Assembly: GCF_001194135.2 (NCBI RefSeq)
Contig: NC_068994.1
Location: 20,436,234-20,500,233, forward strand
DNA: 64,000 nucleotides
DNA from: Octopus bimaculoides
Taxonomy: Eukaryota
Reading direction: 5' to 3'
Of this stretch, positions 47,501 to 59,577 are shown in pieces. Made by a program: the position numbers and the translations under genes. Under the pieces are notes generated by a model. That model did no database searches. It had not been told where the DNA came from and saw nothing but the letters and a program-made list of their open reading frames with translations. Numbering within the stretch: the stretch's first letter is position 1; each line of letters starts with the position of its first letter.

Positions 47501-50500
47501 GTAGTCAGTCAACCATAGGCTGTGACTACTGAGGATATGCAAAGACTTGAAAGAAATGAAGCCATATGCTTCACTGGATGGGTAATGTCAGTGTGCATAT
47601 ATGACAGTGTAAGTGATTTGAGAGAAAAACTGGGTATACGTAGCATCAGATGTAGTGTGCAAGAGAGAAGACACATTACATGGTATGGCCATGTAATATG
47701 TATGAATAAGGGTAGTTTCATCAAGAGATATCCATCTCTAATTGTAAAGGGAACATGTGGAAGGAGTAGACCCAGGAAGATGTGGGACGAAGTGGTTAGA
47801 AAGAATCTACAAACATTGGGACTCACAGAAAGGATGACATGGGACCAAGACTCCTGGCTGTTTGCTATACTTGAAAAGACATGTCAAGCTAAGTAAAAAG
47901 GTTGCTCTTACATACAATCCGATCCCTTGCAACCCTCTCTATCGCCAATCTTGCAGGCTCATAAGTGCTGGTGCTGCATAAAAGCACTCAGTACACTCTG
48001 TAAAGTAGTTGGCATTAGGAAAGGTATCCAGCCATAGAAACTATGCCAAAACAAACATGGAGCCTGAAAACCGTGAGAAAAGTTCTGTTGAAGTGTTAAT
48101 TTAAATTTGGCTACTTCATGCATGCAAGATTCCCTACATCACTCCGCTCCCCAGTGAGGTTCCAGGAAAGGAAACGAACGATTGAAGCTGAGATAGATAT
48201 GTATGGTAAATGAGTCTGGTGCTGTTGTCGTGGTTAATTGCTGGGTTAGCAAGGACGACAGTGTAAGCATGCTGGAGTAATGCACGACTACAAATGCTTT
48301 TGGACTACAATTTTAATATAAATTATGTACCAACTTCATCCTTTGCTTCCGCAGTTAGTCTTTCTCACTTAGTAACTGAATACCCAGCAATGATGACATA
48401 ATTACTAGTACAAATATTGAAGTTGAGATCCACTAATGGATTCAACCAAATTTTTACCTGTTACTTTAACAAGAGGCTACATTTATTGGCCGGCACTTAA
48501 AGATATTGAGTCTCTTATGCAAGCACTTTGAAATGTAAAAAAAGGCCTCGAAATTATCTATTCAGATAAGCATTTTAGAAAGTTCCAAAAGTACCATGGT
48601 CTAGAGTACACATAGATTTTGCAGGACCTCATAATGGGAACTACTTTTTAATCCTAGTCAACACATTATGTAAATGGCTGGAAGTCTTCATTGAGTCAAA
48701 CAACAACATCTACAATACAAAAGCTATATCAAGTTTTTTCAAACTTTGGGTTACCTGAAGCCTTAGTATCAGATGACAGTAAACAATTCACTTCTCTATA
48801 ATTCATGTTTTGTAATGAAAACAGTATCAATTATGTGAGAATGTCTTCATATCATCATCAATCCAATGGATTAGCAAAGAAATTCAAGGATACCATATAA
48901 GTGCTCATAACTCAAAATTGAAGGGAGTGATAAGTTAGAAGAAAATTTGCAACTGTTTTTATTAAGCTACAGAACAACACATCCTGCTGGGAGCAAGTCA
49001 CCTGCAGAAATAATGATTCAGAAAAAAATTTGCACTGTTTTTCCTATGATGAAACTGAGAAATGCAAAACATTCACCTAAAATAACTAATATACCAAAGT
49101 ACAGAAGGGGAGATCTCAGATAGGTCATCCCAAGTGGCAAAATGGTCGAGCAATAAAGTAGAGAAACAACATCATACTGGAAGTAATAGGACCTTTCACC
49201 TTGGTGTGGCACGTTAACCAGTCAAGACCACTATTTATAAATCAAGATCAGAGGGATGACCAAAATTCAAGATATTCATACTTAATTAAAACCACTTCAT
49301 CAAATTTAAGGTCCAGTCAAACCTGCTGAGCAAATACAGATAAACCCCTCAAAATAAAATTTATTCATCTTTTAATAAAAGGGCGGATGAGACAACCCCA
49401 TTCGTCTCGACTCTTGACACAAACAGTTTATTAATTGTCTATTTTAATTCATCCAATCATGTGACATTTTTCTACTCTCACATCAATTATTTTACCTTAC
49501 ACCCATTCATCCAATCATGTGACATGTTATTGACTATCAGGTCACATTTTCTATAAATTGACTCATTTTATGGATATACTCTTTTTCCACTTTGGGGTGC
49601 TTGTTTTTAGTACAGTCTTATTCACTTACATCATGGACAATTGGAATTATAGTTTACTATTTAACATTTCATTTTGGAATTATTGCAATATCTTTCATTA
49701 ATAAAACCATTATCTGAGCACAGTGTTATTTGTTCCTTTGTTATGACAAAATAATAGTTCATGAATAAGTTTTATTTTGAGGGCTTACCTACATGTGCTC
49801 AACAGGTTCAACTGGACCTTAAATTTGATGAAGTAGTTTTTAATTAAGTTGGAATCAGTGCATTTTTACTGACTCCAATTCAGTAAACCTATGAGGATGG
49901 GCTGAAAAGGTCATAGGCTGACTATGAAGAAGTGATGCTAAAGCTGTGAAATTTTGCATGCATTACTATCAACCCTTCTTATTAATAACTGCATTGTTTC
50001 TTTTCACATAAACTGACATTTGACTGTTCTAAGAAGATTTCAGAAGAACTCGTACTGACTTCTGTAAAAATATAGGACAAAATTTGGCAGTGTGGTGTTA
50101 TCAAGTACCTGCAGAAAAAGGTGAGGCAAGCTGCTAATGATGACAAGAACTTCGCTGTTAGTAGCCCAGTCCTTCCAGACATCTCAAACGCCATAGGTTG
50201 GAAGAGACAGTGCACTGTCAGGTCGTGATATTTCAGGGTTTTCTGTTAGGCTACAGAAGCAGTTAACTCACATTTACTCATTTACTGCAGCATCCAGGAT
50301 GTGGGAAGAAGCGAAAGAGTTGCAGACTGTGGAATTCCAAATGAGGCACCTACCTATAACCCCATGAAAGAGTATGTCATATACATCTGGTCTCTTTCCA
50401 TCACATCTGTCCCCTACAAATGCGAGTTTCCACTGAGTGCAATGGAGATACAGAGTTCATCTAGACTGAGGAGACCTCCAATGCTGGCCACAGACAGGGT

Positions 50501-53500
50501 ATCAATCCAGTCTCCTGAGAATTTTGCACTAGCTGAAAGTAGGCAACACCTTGAAATTTGATTCGATAGATCAGGGAGAGAGTTGAATGTAACAGAAGTT
50601 GCGACGACTGTTTGAGATATCGGACAAATTGTTTGTTTCATATTTGCATGAATTTATATGGTGTAATTTCACGGATAATAAGAACACATTTGTTCACTTT
50701 CTGGCAACGATCGCCAGTGCTTATGCTGTGTATAAAGTAAACCAGAGCTCGGTTTGGAGCTGTTAACTCTAAGACCGCTACAACCAAGTTCCTCAATCAT
50801 TGTCCTCACAGTTGCATGCACCCTGCGAGGAGGGCCTCCCAAGCAAGCATCATTAAGGTACCAGATATTTAGGTCTAGGTCAGCTCCAAAATGAGAAGAT
50901 CATTAAAAGAATTACTTCAAAATGAAGCAACATTATTTTTCACAAACCTGTTGTGAATATACACTAAATGAAATTCTTCAGTTTTTCAATTCTTTTTACA
51001 AACTTTGTGCACTGCTTTGTAAACACTTTTCTTGACATTAATTGACCCAACAAATACTTTTGGGATGTAATTTTGCATACTCTAATGAAAGTTTTAAGAG
51101 TAACTGACACGGATTTTTTTTTTTTGTCCATCTCAAGAGTTGGGGTATCATTTCACTTGAATAGATTATTGGATAATAATAAAGGCAGAGTTAAAGATCA
51201 TGGACCCCACCGCCTTTCGGATTTTTTTTTTTACAGGAAGACTATATCGATTCCGAATCTGCAAATAACCCAACATGTTGTGGTTGAGGGTCTTTTGGAA
51301 TTAAGAGAGGTATGTAAAAATTAGATTCTTTGCACACACAACAAAATGACATTTTAAAAAATTTTCCTTTTTGGTAATTAGTATTTAGAAAGTTGATCCT
51401 TGGTTTGACTGTTGTTTCTAGCTTATCAGATTTCCGGTTGGGACGTACTTATAAATTGAAGATTTTGAAAAACCCCAAAACACGTTTTCATTCTTTACCC
51501 CTCTGGCAAAGGTAAAAGGGGGTGGGGGAAATTTCACTTTCTGTCATAGGGTGAAGGGAGGGGTATTTTTTTTTTTTTTTNNNNNNNNNNNNNNNNNNNN
51601 NNNNNNNNNNNNNNNNNNNNNNNNNNNNNNNNNNNNNNNNNNNNNNNNNNNNNNNNNNNNNNNNNNNNNNNNNNNNNNNNNNNNNNNNNNNNNNNNNNNN
51701 NNNNNNNNNNNNNNNNNNNNNNNNNNNNNNNNNNNNNNNNNNNNNNNNNNNNNNNNNNNNNNNNNNNNNNNNNNNNNNNNNNNNNNNNNNNNNNNNNNNN
51801 NNNNNNNNNNNNNNNNNNNNNNNNNNNNNNNNNNNNNNNNNNNNNNNNNNNNNNNNNNNNNNNNNNNNNNNNNNNNNNNNNNNNNNNNNNNNNNNNNNNN
51901 NNNNNNNNNNNNNNNNNNNNNNNNNNNNNNNNNNNNNNNNNNNNNNNNNNNNNNNNNNNNNNNNNNNNNNNNNNNNNNNNNNNNNNNNNNNNNNNNNNNN
52001 NNNNNNNNNNNNNNNNNNNNNNNNNNNNNNNNNNNNNNNNNNNNNNNNNNNNNNNNNNNNNNNNNNNNNNNNNNNNNNNNNNNNNNNNNNNNNNNNNNNN
52101 NNNNNNNNNNNNNNNNNNNNNNNNNNNNNNNNNNNNNNNNNNNNNNNNNNNNNNNNNNNNNNNNNNNNNNNNNNNNNNNNNNNNNNNNNNNNNNNNNNNN
52201 NNNNNNNNNNNNNNNNNNNNNNNNNNNNNNNNNNNNNNNNNNNNNNNNNNNNNNNNNNNNNNNNNNNNNNNNNNNNNNNNNNNNNNNNNNNNNNNNNNNN
52301 NNNNNNNNNNNNNNNNNNNNNNNNNNNNNNNNNNNNNNNNNNNNNNNNNNNNNNNNNNNNNNNNNNNNNNNNNNNNNNNNNNNNNNNNNNNNNNNNNNNN
52401 NNNNNNNNNNNNNNNNNNNNAGTTTTGAAATTTTTTTCTTCTTTGGTAATTAAGAATTAGAATTTTGAAAACGTGTTTCTAGTATACCAGGTTTTTTGTT
52501 TAGATACTTTTTGCGTCTGATATTTTATAATCCTATGCATGCGTGAAACAGAAAAAAATTAATTTCACTTCTTGTCATAGGACGATGGGAGGGGTGCTTA
52601 TTTTCTTCAGAATCATAATTTCCGTATTTTTCTACATTTTACGGCCCCAAAAATTTTTAAGAAATCGAGTGGGGAGGGATTCAAATTTTGAAATGCATTT
52701 TTTCTTTTTGCAGATTCGGAATCTCCGCCCTCGATATAGTGCGTTCCTTTAAAAAAAAAAAACCCAAAAAGATGCGGTCTGTGATCAAAAATTCTCGTGC
52801 CTTTTGTCTAAAACGGAGTTCAACTCTAAATTTCTAGAGTGCGAGATCGTAATTCAAAAGGGTTACATGTCGTCTTTAGTCAGCATTTGGTATTTGATAC
52901 TATATTACGTAGCTAATGTGTAAACAGTGTTATATAAACGTGAAATAACACTCGACACTTTCAGCAATCATCTTGACTAATACCTGCTACAAAACTGTGG
53001 TAAGTGGAACAAGAGGTATGGAGGTGCATGATCGCCAACGCTTGTAGACACAGCACCTGAAGCATTTGTTTTGCATTGCCGCAGCTTACCAATAGTCATA
53101 ATTTTCAAACAGAATGAGGGATAAAATTGAACATTCACAACATAATACAAATGGACTACCAGGTACGTTATCACTGTTAAAAGCACGTGCACGTCCAACC
53201 TCTGCGGTAAGGATGGGCAATTTAAACCGGCTATCTTTCTATTTAAACCTCCGTTAAATTTGAAAGCAAAACATATACAATTTTTTGTTTTCTTTCAAAG
53301 GAAGTAAAAAAATCAAAGGCTGAATTCTGGTTTAAGAACCGTATATAACCTCTCATAATATTTAAAATGTTAAAAGTAGATATAATTGATTCATTGGTCT
53401 TCCTGCTGTTGACCGCCAAATAAATTAAACCAGCAAACTATATATATCAGAAACTAGAATAGGAGTAGATATATGAAAAGAATATACATTTTTAAAAAGT

Positions 53501-53553
53501 AAAATATTTCAAATTACTCACTTCTTCAATTCTGGTGGATGTGCTTTACTCAT
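35345..53553 (-). CDS. SNRPG: small nuclear ribonucleoprotein G (Sm-G), spliced gene, 77 aa
   Basis: join complement(53522-53553, 46604-46626, 37996-38120, 35345-35398) = 234 nt, GT-AG. Translation [77 protein letters not shown]. Sm1 ([12 protein letters not shown]) and Sm2 (IG...VRGNSI) motifs and the [12 protein letters not shown]-terminus are diagnostic. Confidence 0.97.
35457..35498. repeat. (TA)n microsatellite
   Basis: direct; similar tracts at about 17985-18024 and 19775-19825. Confidence 0.9.
36388..36598. mobile_element. piggyBac-type MITE
   Basis: TTAA|CCCTTTAGTGTT ... AATGCTAAAGGG|TTAA. Confidence 0.75.
37996..38120 (-). CDS. SNRPG: SNRPG exon 3
   Basis: 125 nt, ttttgcag acceptor, gtatgt donor, Sm1 motif. 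Confidence 0.96.
39470..39960 (+). mobile_element. CR1/L2-group LINE 3' relic
   Basis: degenerate YKAQMKP... thumb motif and terminal L..LP....P....LQ.FK pattern. Confidence 0.45.
44200..45700 (-). mobile_element. old RTE/BovB-like LINE relic
   Basis: [12 protein letters not shown] motif near 45170 and C-terminal CPTC zinc-finger remnant near 44270; boundaries approximate. Confidence 0.45.
46604..46626 (-). CDS. SNRPG: SNRPG exon 2 (YMERKLSL)
   Basis: 23 nt, tttcag acceptor, gtgagt donor. Confidence 0.93.
47485..48070 (+). mobile_element. RTE LINE 3' end plus tail
   Basis: ORF 47522..47896 RLERNE...[10 protein letters not shown]...WYGHV...[13 protein letters not shown]. Confidence 0.75.
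48400..49230 (+). mobile_element. Ty3/Gypsy integrase relic
   Basis: [21 protein letters not shown]...QFTS and YHHQSNGLA motifs; stops and frameshifts. Confidence 0.75.
49274..49855. mobile_element. MITE with about 58-bp imperfect TIRs
   Basis: 49274-49332 vs 49796-49855 reverse-complementary. Confidence 0.75.
49892..50118 (+). mobile_element. 5' fragment of the same mariner family as 30763-32013
   Basis: left TIR and GAAGTGATGCTAAAGCTGTGAAATTTTGCATG shared. Confidence 0.8.
50121..50590 (-). mobile_element. second CRE-like fragment (RLE region)
   Basis: colinear with about 23070-23690 but missing an internal block. Confidence 0.7.
51233..52750. mobile_element. possible TIR DNA element spanning an N-gap
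   Basis: ACTATATCGA..ATTCCGAATCTGCAAA near 51241 is inverted at 52708-52750; repeated sub-terminal motif ATTTCACTT.TGTCATAGG. Confidence 0.35.
53522..53553 (-). CDS. SNRPG: SNRPG exon 1 ([11 protein letters not shown])
   Basis: 32 nt, donor gtgagt. Confidence 0.96.
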
Positions 53554-53610
53554 GGTTGCTTTTTAAGTGATTAATGTAAACTCTCCCGTTTGTTCCAGAA
53601 CAAAATGTTT

Positions 53611-53708
53611 ATTTGCATGGTCCTCTTCCGGAAGACACCGCGAAAAAGCCCAACTTCCGGAAATAAATCTATCAGCTGATTTTATTGGTTAATTCTAGTG
53701 GCGGGAAA
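53611..53708 (-). promoter_or_regulatory. SNRPG proximal promoter motifs
   Basis: octamer ATTTGCAT 53611-53618, two palindromic ETS-type TTCCGGAA sites (within 53625-53634 and 53653-53664), E2F-like TGGCGGGAAA 53699-53708, in locally CpG-retaining DNA just upstream of exon 1. Confidence 0.5.
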
Positions 53709-54840
53709 TTAATTTAAATGTATTAACATCCGAGATGTTACATTTACCTATTAAATTTCTCTAGTTGCAAGGTACTATATAGTTGTATATACTGTAACGC
53801 TATCGATTTATTACTTCGACACAAATCATTAAGTTTTTTTGTATATTAAAAAAAAATGACTATGCCAATAAAAATTCGTAAGCTAACTATACTCACTGTA
53901 TGTATGAATTTTACCAAAATAATGGAAAGATTCAGACGGAGAGTCACAATATTTGTTACTTTATTTTCTTTTGCTCAGATCGTTTCCATAAAATAATTAC
54001 AAATCAACAGCTGGAATCGATTATACATTCTATTATAAATTTGTAGCTTCAATCAAATATAAGTTATATAGATATTAATTTTTATATATTAAATAGGAAA
54101 AAGTGAACATTTTATTTTGGTAGATTTAACTAAAAATGTTGCACAAACGAAAAAAAATATATGTACTTAGAAACGGTTCAGAGAAATATTTAAGAACGTT
54201 GTATGGCCTAAATCTATCCTGATCGATCAGACCTTTGGTGAAAGGTGATCCTAGACTTTTTATATTTATCATTTTGTTTTGGTCATGATTTAGCGGACCC
54301 ATGATCAAAGACATTCTGGTTATGACCATCTTATCTTTTATTCTGACCATAGTGTACCGTTGATAACATTATCCCATGTAGCCTTCTCTTTCTTTTAATA
54401 AGGAGTGAACATCACATCGATCTCACCAGACAGAAAGAATGGGCACAAGAGGCGAACTGAGCACCAATTATAATCTTGTCTTATCTACTCTCAGATGAAA
54501 AGCATAAACACTCTTTATTTCAAATGAACTTAACTCTAATTTTTTAAGATAGTAGAGTGTGGGATGAGGGGGGAGTTGGCTGCTATTTCTAGCAGATCAA
54601 ACACCTATAGATTCATCAGAGGTTCACTCGTTGGCTATTTTTTCAATCGATTCCAAGTAGTAGTTACAACGACAAAAAAATTAAGCTATCGGTTTAATTA
54701 TAAAAATTATATTAAATTTTAAAAATCTGACATGAGTTTATTTAATTAAAATTGTATGTATCTGAAATTGGCGCCTTCGACGACTATTAGATCGAGAATT
54801 CCAAAAGTCACTCCTGAAGTGAGACCACGAAGTCAGGTAA

Positions 54841-55007
54841 TGACGTCACGCATATTGTGTAGTAAGATTCTCTGCTGTAAAACTAGGGTATACACATGTA
54901 ATGGTGACGTTGACACAAATACTACACAAGAGCACAGCGCCATTTTCAACACATTGTAATTAATGTTTCCCGAATCGCTTGTGGACGACTATCGATGATA
55001 GGTCAGT
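54841..55007 (+). promoter_or_regulatory. possible divergent promoter/first exon (CRE site, YY1 motif, splice donor)
   Basis: TGACGTCA 54841-54848, CGCCATTTT 54938-54946, AG|gtcagt donor after 55001; CpG-retaining region. Confidence 0.35.
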
Positions 55008-58000
55008 ATTTTTGTTTATTTATTTGACGTTGTAAATCACTTTCTCTTCTTTGGGAGACTGAAAAAAAAATAATTAATTAAACTTAAAATTAATTGTTAT
55101 TATTTTTTTATCCCTAGTTGCTAACAATTTTTTTAGTCTGTTTCTAAACGTAAACGCTTTAACACTTGAACGAGGCAAAGTTCTTCCATTTAAACAACTA
55201 TGCATACATATATACATGCATGTATGTGTACATACATACACACACACACACACACATATCTACTTCGACGTTCAGCCATTGGCAGTTCTTGAACAACAAA
55301 CTCCATTGTCCAATAGATTTCTTCTACAAGTCCGAACGGACACGTGCTAAATCTCTCTGTTCCCCTCCGTTGCTAGGTTTGTTTTGGAAATCAGAGTCGA
55401 CCATTTCATAGTTCAAAACGATGTCGTTTTCATTTCTGACTTCGCTGTTGTTGATGCGATCGTGGAATTTAATAACAGCCATGTCACGTTTACTACTTCT
55501 TAATGGAGAAATATACATAGAAAATAGAGATAAGCTAAAGGGAGAAATTTTTTTCTGAAAATTCTTTTCGAACGTCTTGACGTTGCTGTATTTATTGATA
55601 TTTACACTTTATTAAATTTACTGTTTAAAAGATCCAATCTTAACATTTTCCTCTCTATGTAAACCTGATCACAATATTTAACATACATATATATATATAT
55701 ATATAGTCTGTCTTCTAGGAAGCGGATGTTTAATGCATGTTTACATAAAAATAAATGCACATATCAAACATCTCCTTTAGTTTTAAGAAGATCGACGTGT
55801 ATATATTTACTAATCTAAGTTGTTATTACTTCTCTCTCGGTATCTGTTAGATTGAAGAGCATCATCATAGTCCTGGTCATTATTATTATTCTTTACTTCC
55901 CTAACGTCCTTGGAAAAGCATGAACACCACATTGTTTCTATTTTAAAGATGTGAAGCCTTATACTATAAAAAAAGTTAGGCGAAGGATTTAATTATTCGC
56001 TTACTTTAAAACAAAATCATCATCGTCTTTTCTTTTTTAATTTTGTGAATCGTTTTACGCGTATTAATTGTAATTGTACTATCTGCTAGATTTGGCAAAA
56101 CCTTGTCTAATTTGTTTTCTGTTTCATGCGCACACATAATATTGCATTCGATATGTGGGTGTCATAAACTTCTTGCACCATTAAAATGACAGCACAAAAA
56201 TGTGGGATTAAGGGTTGTGTGTGTGTGCTGATAAATATATATATAATGTAATGTGCGGGAGAGGGAAAGAGAGAAACATTGCTTAATATAAGCAGATAAG
56301 ATCCCTGAACTTACTTTGGATCTAATAGAAGAACACTATTATATTAGGTTCCCCGTCTAAGTTTAGTTTCCGCCGAGGTTAGCTTTGCCTTTCATCCTTT
56401 CGGGGTCGATGTAATCGACTACGCCCCGAGATCCAAATGATTAAACATCAGCTGTCTGGTTCCGTGTCTGATTTTAAAGAAATAAACCTGCAATATACCG
56501 GTGTTTTATAAGATGTACGTTGGTAATTGCAATGTTTTTTTTAGATAAAATGCTTGTTCGTTTCAGTTATTGAATCTATATGAACTGTTTGGTGCTATTA
56601 AAGCAATAACTATACTCATATACAGTATGCACACATATAGGACATGCCCTTTTCCATCTCACAACTCCCTCATCCCTACCTTTCATCTCCACTATATCTA
56701 ATGTTTTGCCCTGCAATTACTCAGTTGCAACGTATAGACATTCACAACCACATGCACTTGTGGAAAAAAATAACGTGGCTGTGCAACGTAAACTTTCTGT
56801 GAGGTGAGAGAGGTATGCACAGAGTTAACACAAATTTACATAGAATTTTCACAATAACTTCTGCTGAATTGTGGGATTTGGCAACTCAGGCTAAAAGTTT
56901 GATAATTTTACAGTTTTAAGTAATAATAAATTATCGTTAACACTATTGAATAAATCATTTTAACGTTCATGTTCCATGCTGGCAAGGGCTAGACTATTTG
57001 ACAGGTCTAGTAGATGTAAGGTCTGCATCATGTTCCAGTATCTACTGGCATGGTTTCTATGGCTGGGTGCCCTTCCTAATGCTAACCCTTTACAGTGTGT
57101 ACTGGGTACTTTTTTTGCGAGTGTCACCAGTACTATCGTTATGCAGCTCGCAAATCTACAAAACTTGAAACTTAGCCAGGTTCTAAAGTTAGGGGTAGTG
57201 AGCACATATGAAAAAAAGTTGGGACGCATACCAAACAAGTATACGGGTACAGGCCATGTGTTGGTAGCCAGCTGGAAAATACGTTTTCCTGGGGCTAAAA
57301 AGTAGTAATATTGTCCTGTGTAGGACTGCCACATTGTGTTGGCAAATAGACTTTACTGTTCAGTACTGTCACTACATATTTCTCGCTCAGAGATTTAAAG
57401 CTAATTGTTTTTCTCTTTAATTTTTAACTTATTTCTCTTATATTATGCAAAATATCTCATTAGTTATATGTAATTTGCATTCTACATTCATTAATTATAT
57501 GTTTCAGCTACAACATCGTTATGTATGAAACTTACGACTACTGATATTGGTAACTAAAGAGTTTAAAAAATTGTTGAAATGGCACCAATTGTGAAAAATG
57601 TGCTTGCTCCCCTTTTAGATATGCCACTGAGGTGGGGTGAATCATATTAGATCGCAGTTAAGGTATGAGAGGAGAGGTTGGAGTAGGGGAGGTTAGTATT
57701 GTAAAGGAGCTACAGTGAAGATAAAATATTTTAAGCAACGGTAATTTTTTACAAACAATAAATAGCCCTCTGTTGACCCTCCCAATGGATAAATGATTAA
57801 CAATCAATAATAGCTAAAAGTCAGAACCCAAGTAATGTTAAGAAATGAGGCGTTACTCGATTTAAACCTACAAGCTCATCAAAGATAACTTCCAAATAAA
57901 ATGAGCAAAATGAAAAAAAAATTTTCTATTGCTTCTGTTTTCACCTGGATTGGTTTAAAACTTATCTAATGCACTATATTGAATGTGGGAAAGTAAGTAA

Positions 58001-58489
58001 TTGCCACTTGAATCCACTGAAGTGACATTTAGAAATAACACATTGAAAATATTTCAAATTCAACAAGGGAAAGATATTTTAAAAGAAAATACTTGGAATT
58101 GAATCAAGGGAAAGCTTCAATTCTTTCATTTATATAAAAAGGAAAATGCTTTACGCATTTCATGTCTCACTGATTATTGGTTTCAAATTTTGGCACAAGG
58201 CCAGCAATTTCAAAGAAGGAGTTAAGTCAGTTGAATCGACTCCAGTACTCAACTAGTACTTATTTTATCACTCCGAAAGGTTATGTTGACCTTGGCAAAA
58301 TTTGAACTCAGAACATAAAGACAGACAAAATGCAACTGAGCATTTTTGCCCAGCTTGCTAATGGTTCTGCCAGCTCGCTGCCTTATATCATGTTGATTAT
58401 TGGACTAGCATAAGCAGGTGAAACAAAACTACCGAAACCGTAAAACTCTTTGTAAAAGATTTGTTAGATAGAAAAAATATTGATACTTT

Positions 58490-59340
58490 TCTTCTTTCAA
58501 AATATATTCATAAAATCGCAAACTTCTGTGAATAATGAGCTCAACATTCACATTTTCAATGAATGAGCCAACAGGCATTCCTGATTTAGCTGTTTGCTTG
58601 TGTTTGTACATTACATTAATGAAGATAGCATTCATGAAGACTTAATTTGTTAGTTTTTTTGGAGATTAACGCTACAAGCAAAACAATATGTAATTCATTT
58701 TGTAGGAAGCAATTGAGTTGTGTGGAAACTTTATTTAAGTATTTACACTGATGAAGCTGCAGATATGCTGTGAATGGTCAAAGCATCCACTCCTATCTTA
58801 ATTATCAAGCACTAATATTGCAAAACTCCATATCAAGTATTAGGTGCAAACACTTGTAAAACTAGTCCATTTTATTAAATCAACACCACTAAATGCAAAA
58901 CTCTTTTATTTTTATTGTGCAAATTTGGGAAGTCTCCATGCAATTTTATTTCTAAGCACTGTAGTATGTTGGTTATCAAGTGGTAAGGTAGTGGTGCAGT
59001 TTTTCAAATTGCATGTAGATATTAGGTTATTTCTAACAATGTTCTTTTGAACTTTCAGCCTAATTAAAATATCAGAGTTTGTTGCAGAAACATGGTATAT
59101 CATATATTCGCTTACTTGAATGAAGTTAATTTTGTAATGCAGGGTACCAATATAACATGCCTCAAAGTTCAAACTAAAATGAATACACCTAAGTGTAAAC
59201 TAAAACTCTGGGATGACTATGTAGCTAAGAATGATGCCAAATGTTTTGAAGATCTTGACCCTTTAGCATTCAGAATTCTCTGTCAAATGTCATGCTTATT
59301 TGTAAACATTGTTTTGAATTCAATCATGCATTATTGCATA
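58490..59340 (+). mobile_element. hAT (Charlie/ZBED8-like) transposase relic
   Basis: LLVFVHYINEDSIHEDL, YTDEAA, LVHFIKSTPLN.KLF...WLSSGKV, FAYLNEVN..MQG, KLKLW; many stops. Confidence 0.8.
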
Positions 59341-59371
59341 GCTTCAATATCTTGATGATGTACTCTTTTAC

Positions 59372-59575
59372 TTGTTTCAGTCTTTTGACTGTGACCATGC
59401 TGGAGCACCGCCTTTAGTCAAGCAAATTGACCCCAGGACTTATTCTTTGTGAGCCTAGTACTTATTCTATCCGTCTCTTTTTGCCAAACTGCTAAGTTAC
59501 GTGGACGTAAACACACCGGCATCGGTTGTCAAGCGATGTTGGGGGGACAAACATATACACACACACATACATACA
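59372..59575 (-). mobile_element. tRNA-SINE 3' half, truncated by the RTE tail
   Basis: family match to 33976-34292. Confidence 0.65.
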
Positions 59576-59577
59576 TA

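Noticed and set aside
4438-52453. Long ORFs in the track containing X runs (e.g. 17816..18733, 51551..52453, 16506..17186)
   Set aside because: Artefacts of translating N-gaps; the flanks are microsatellite or intronic sequence.
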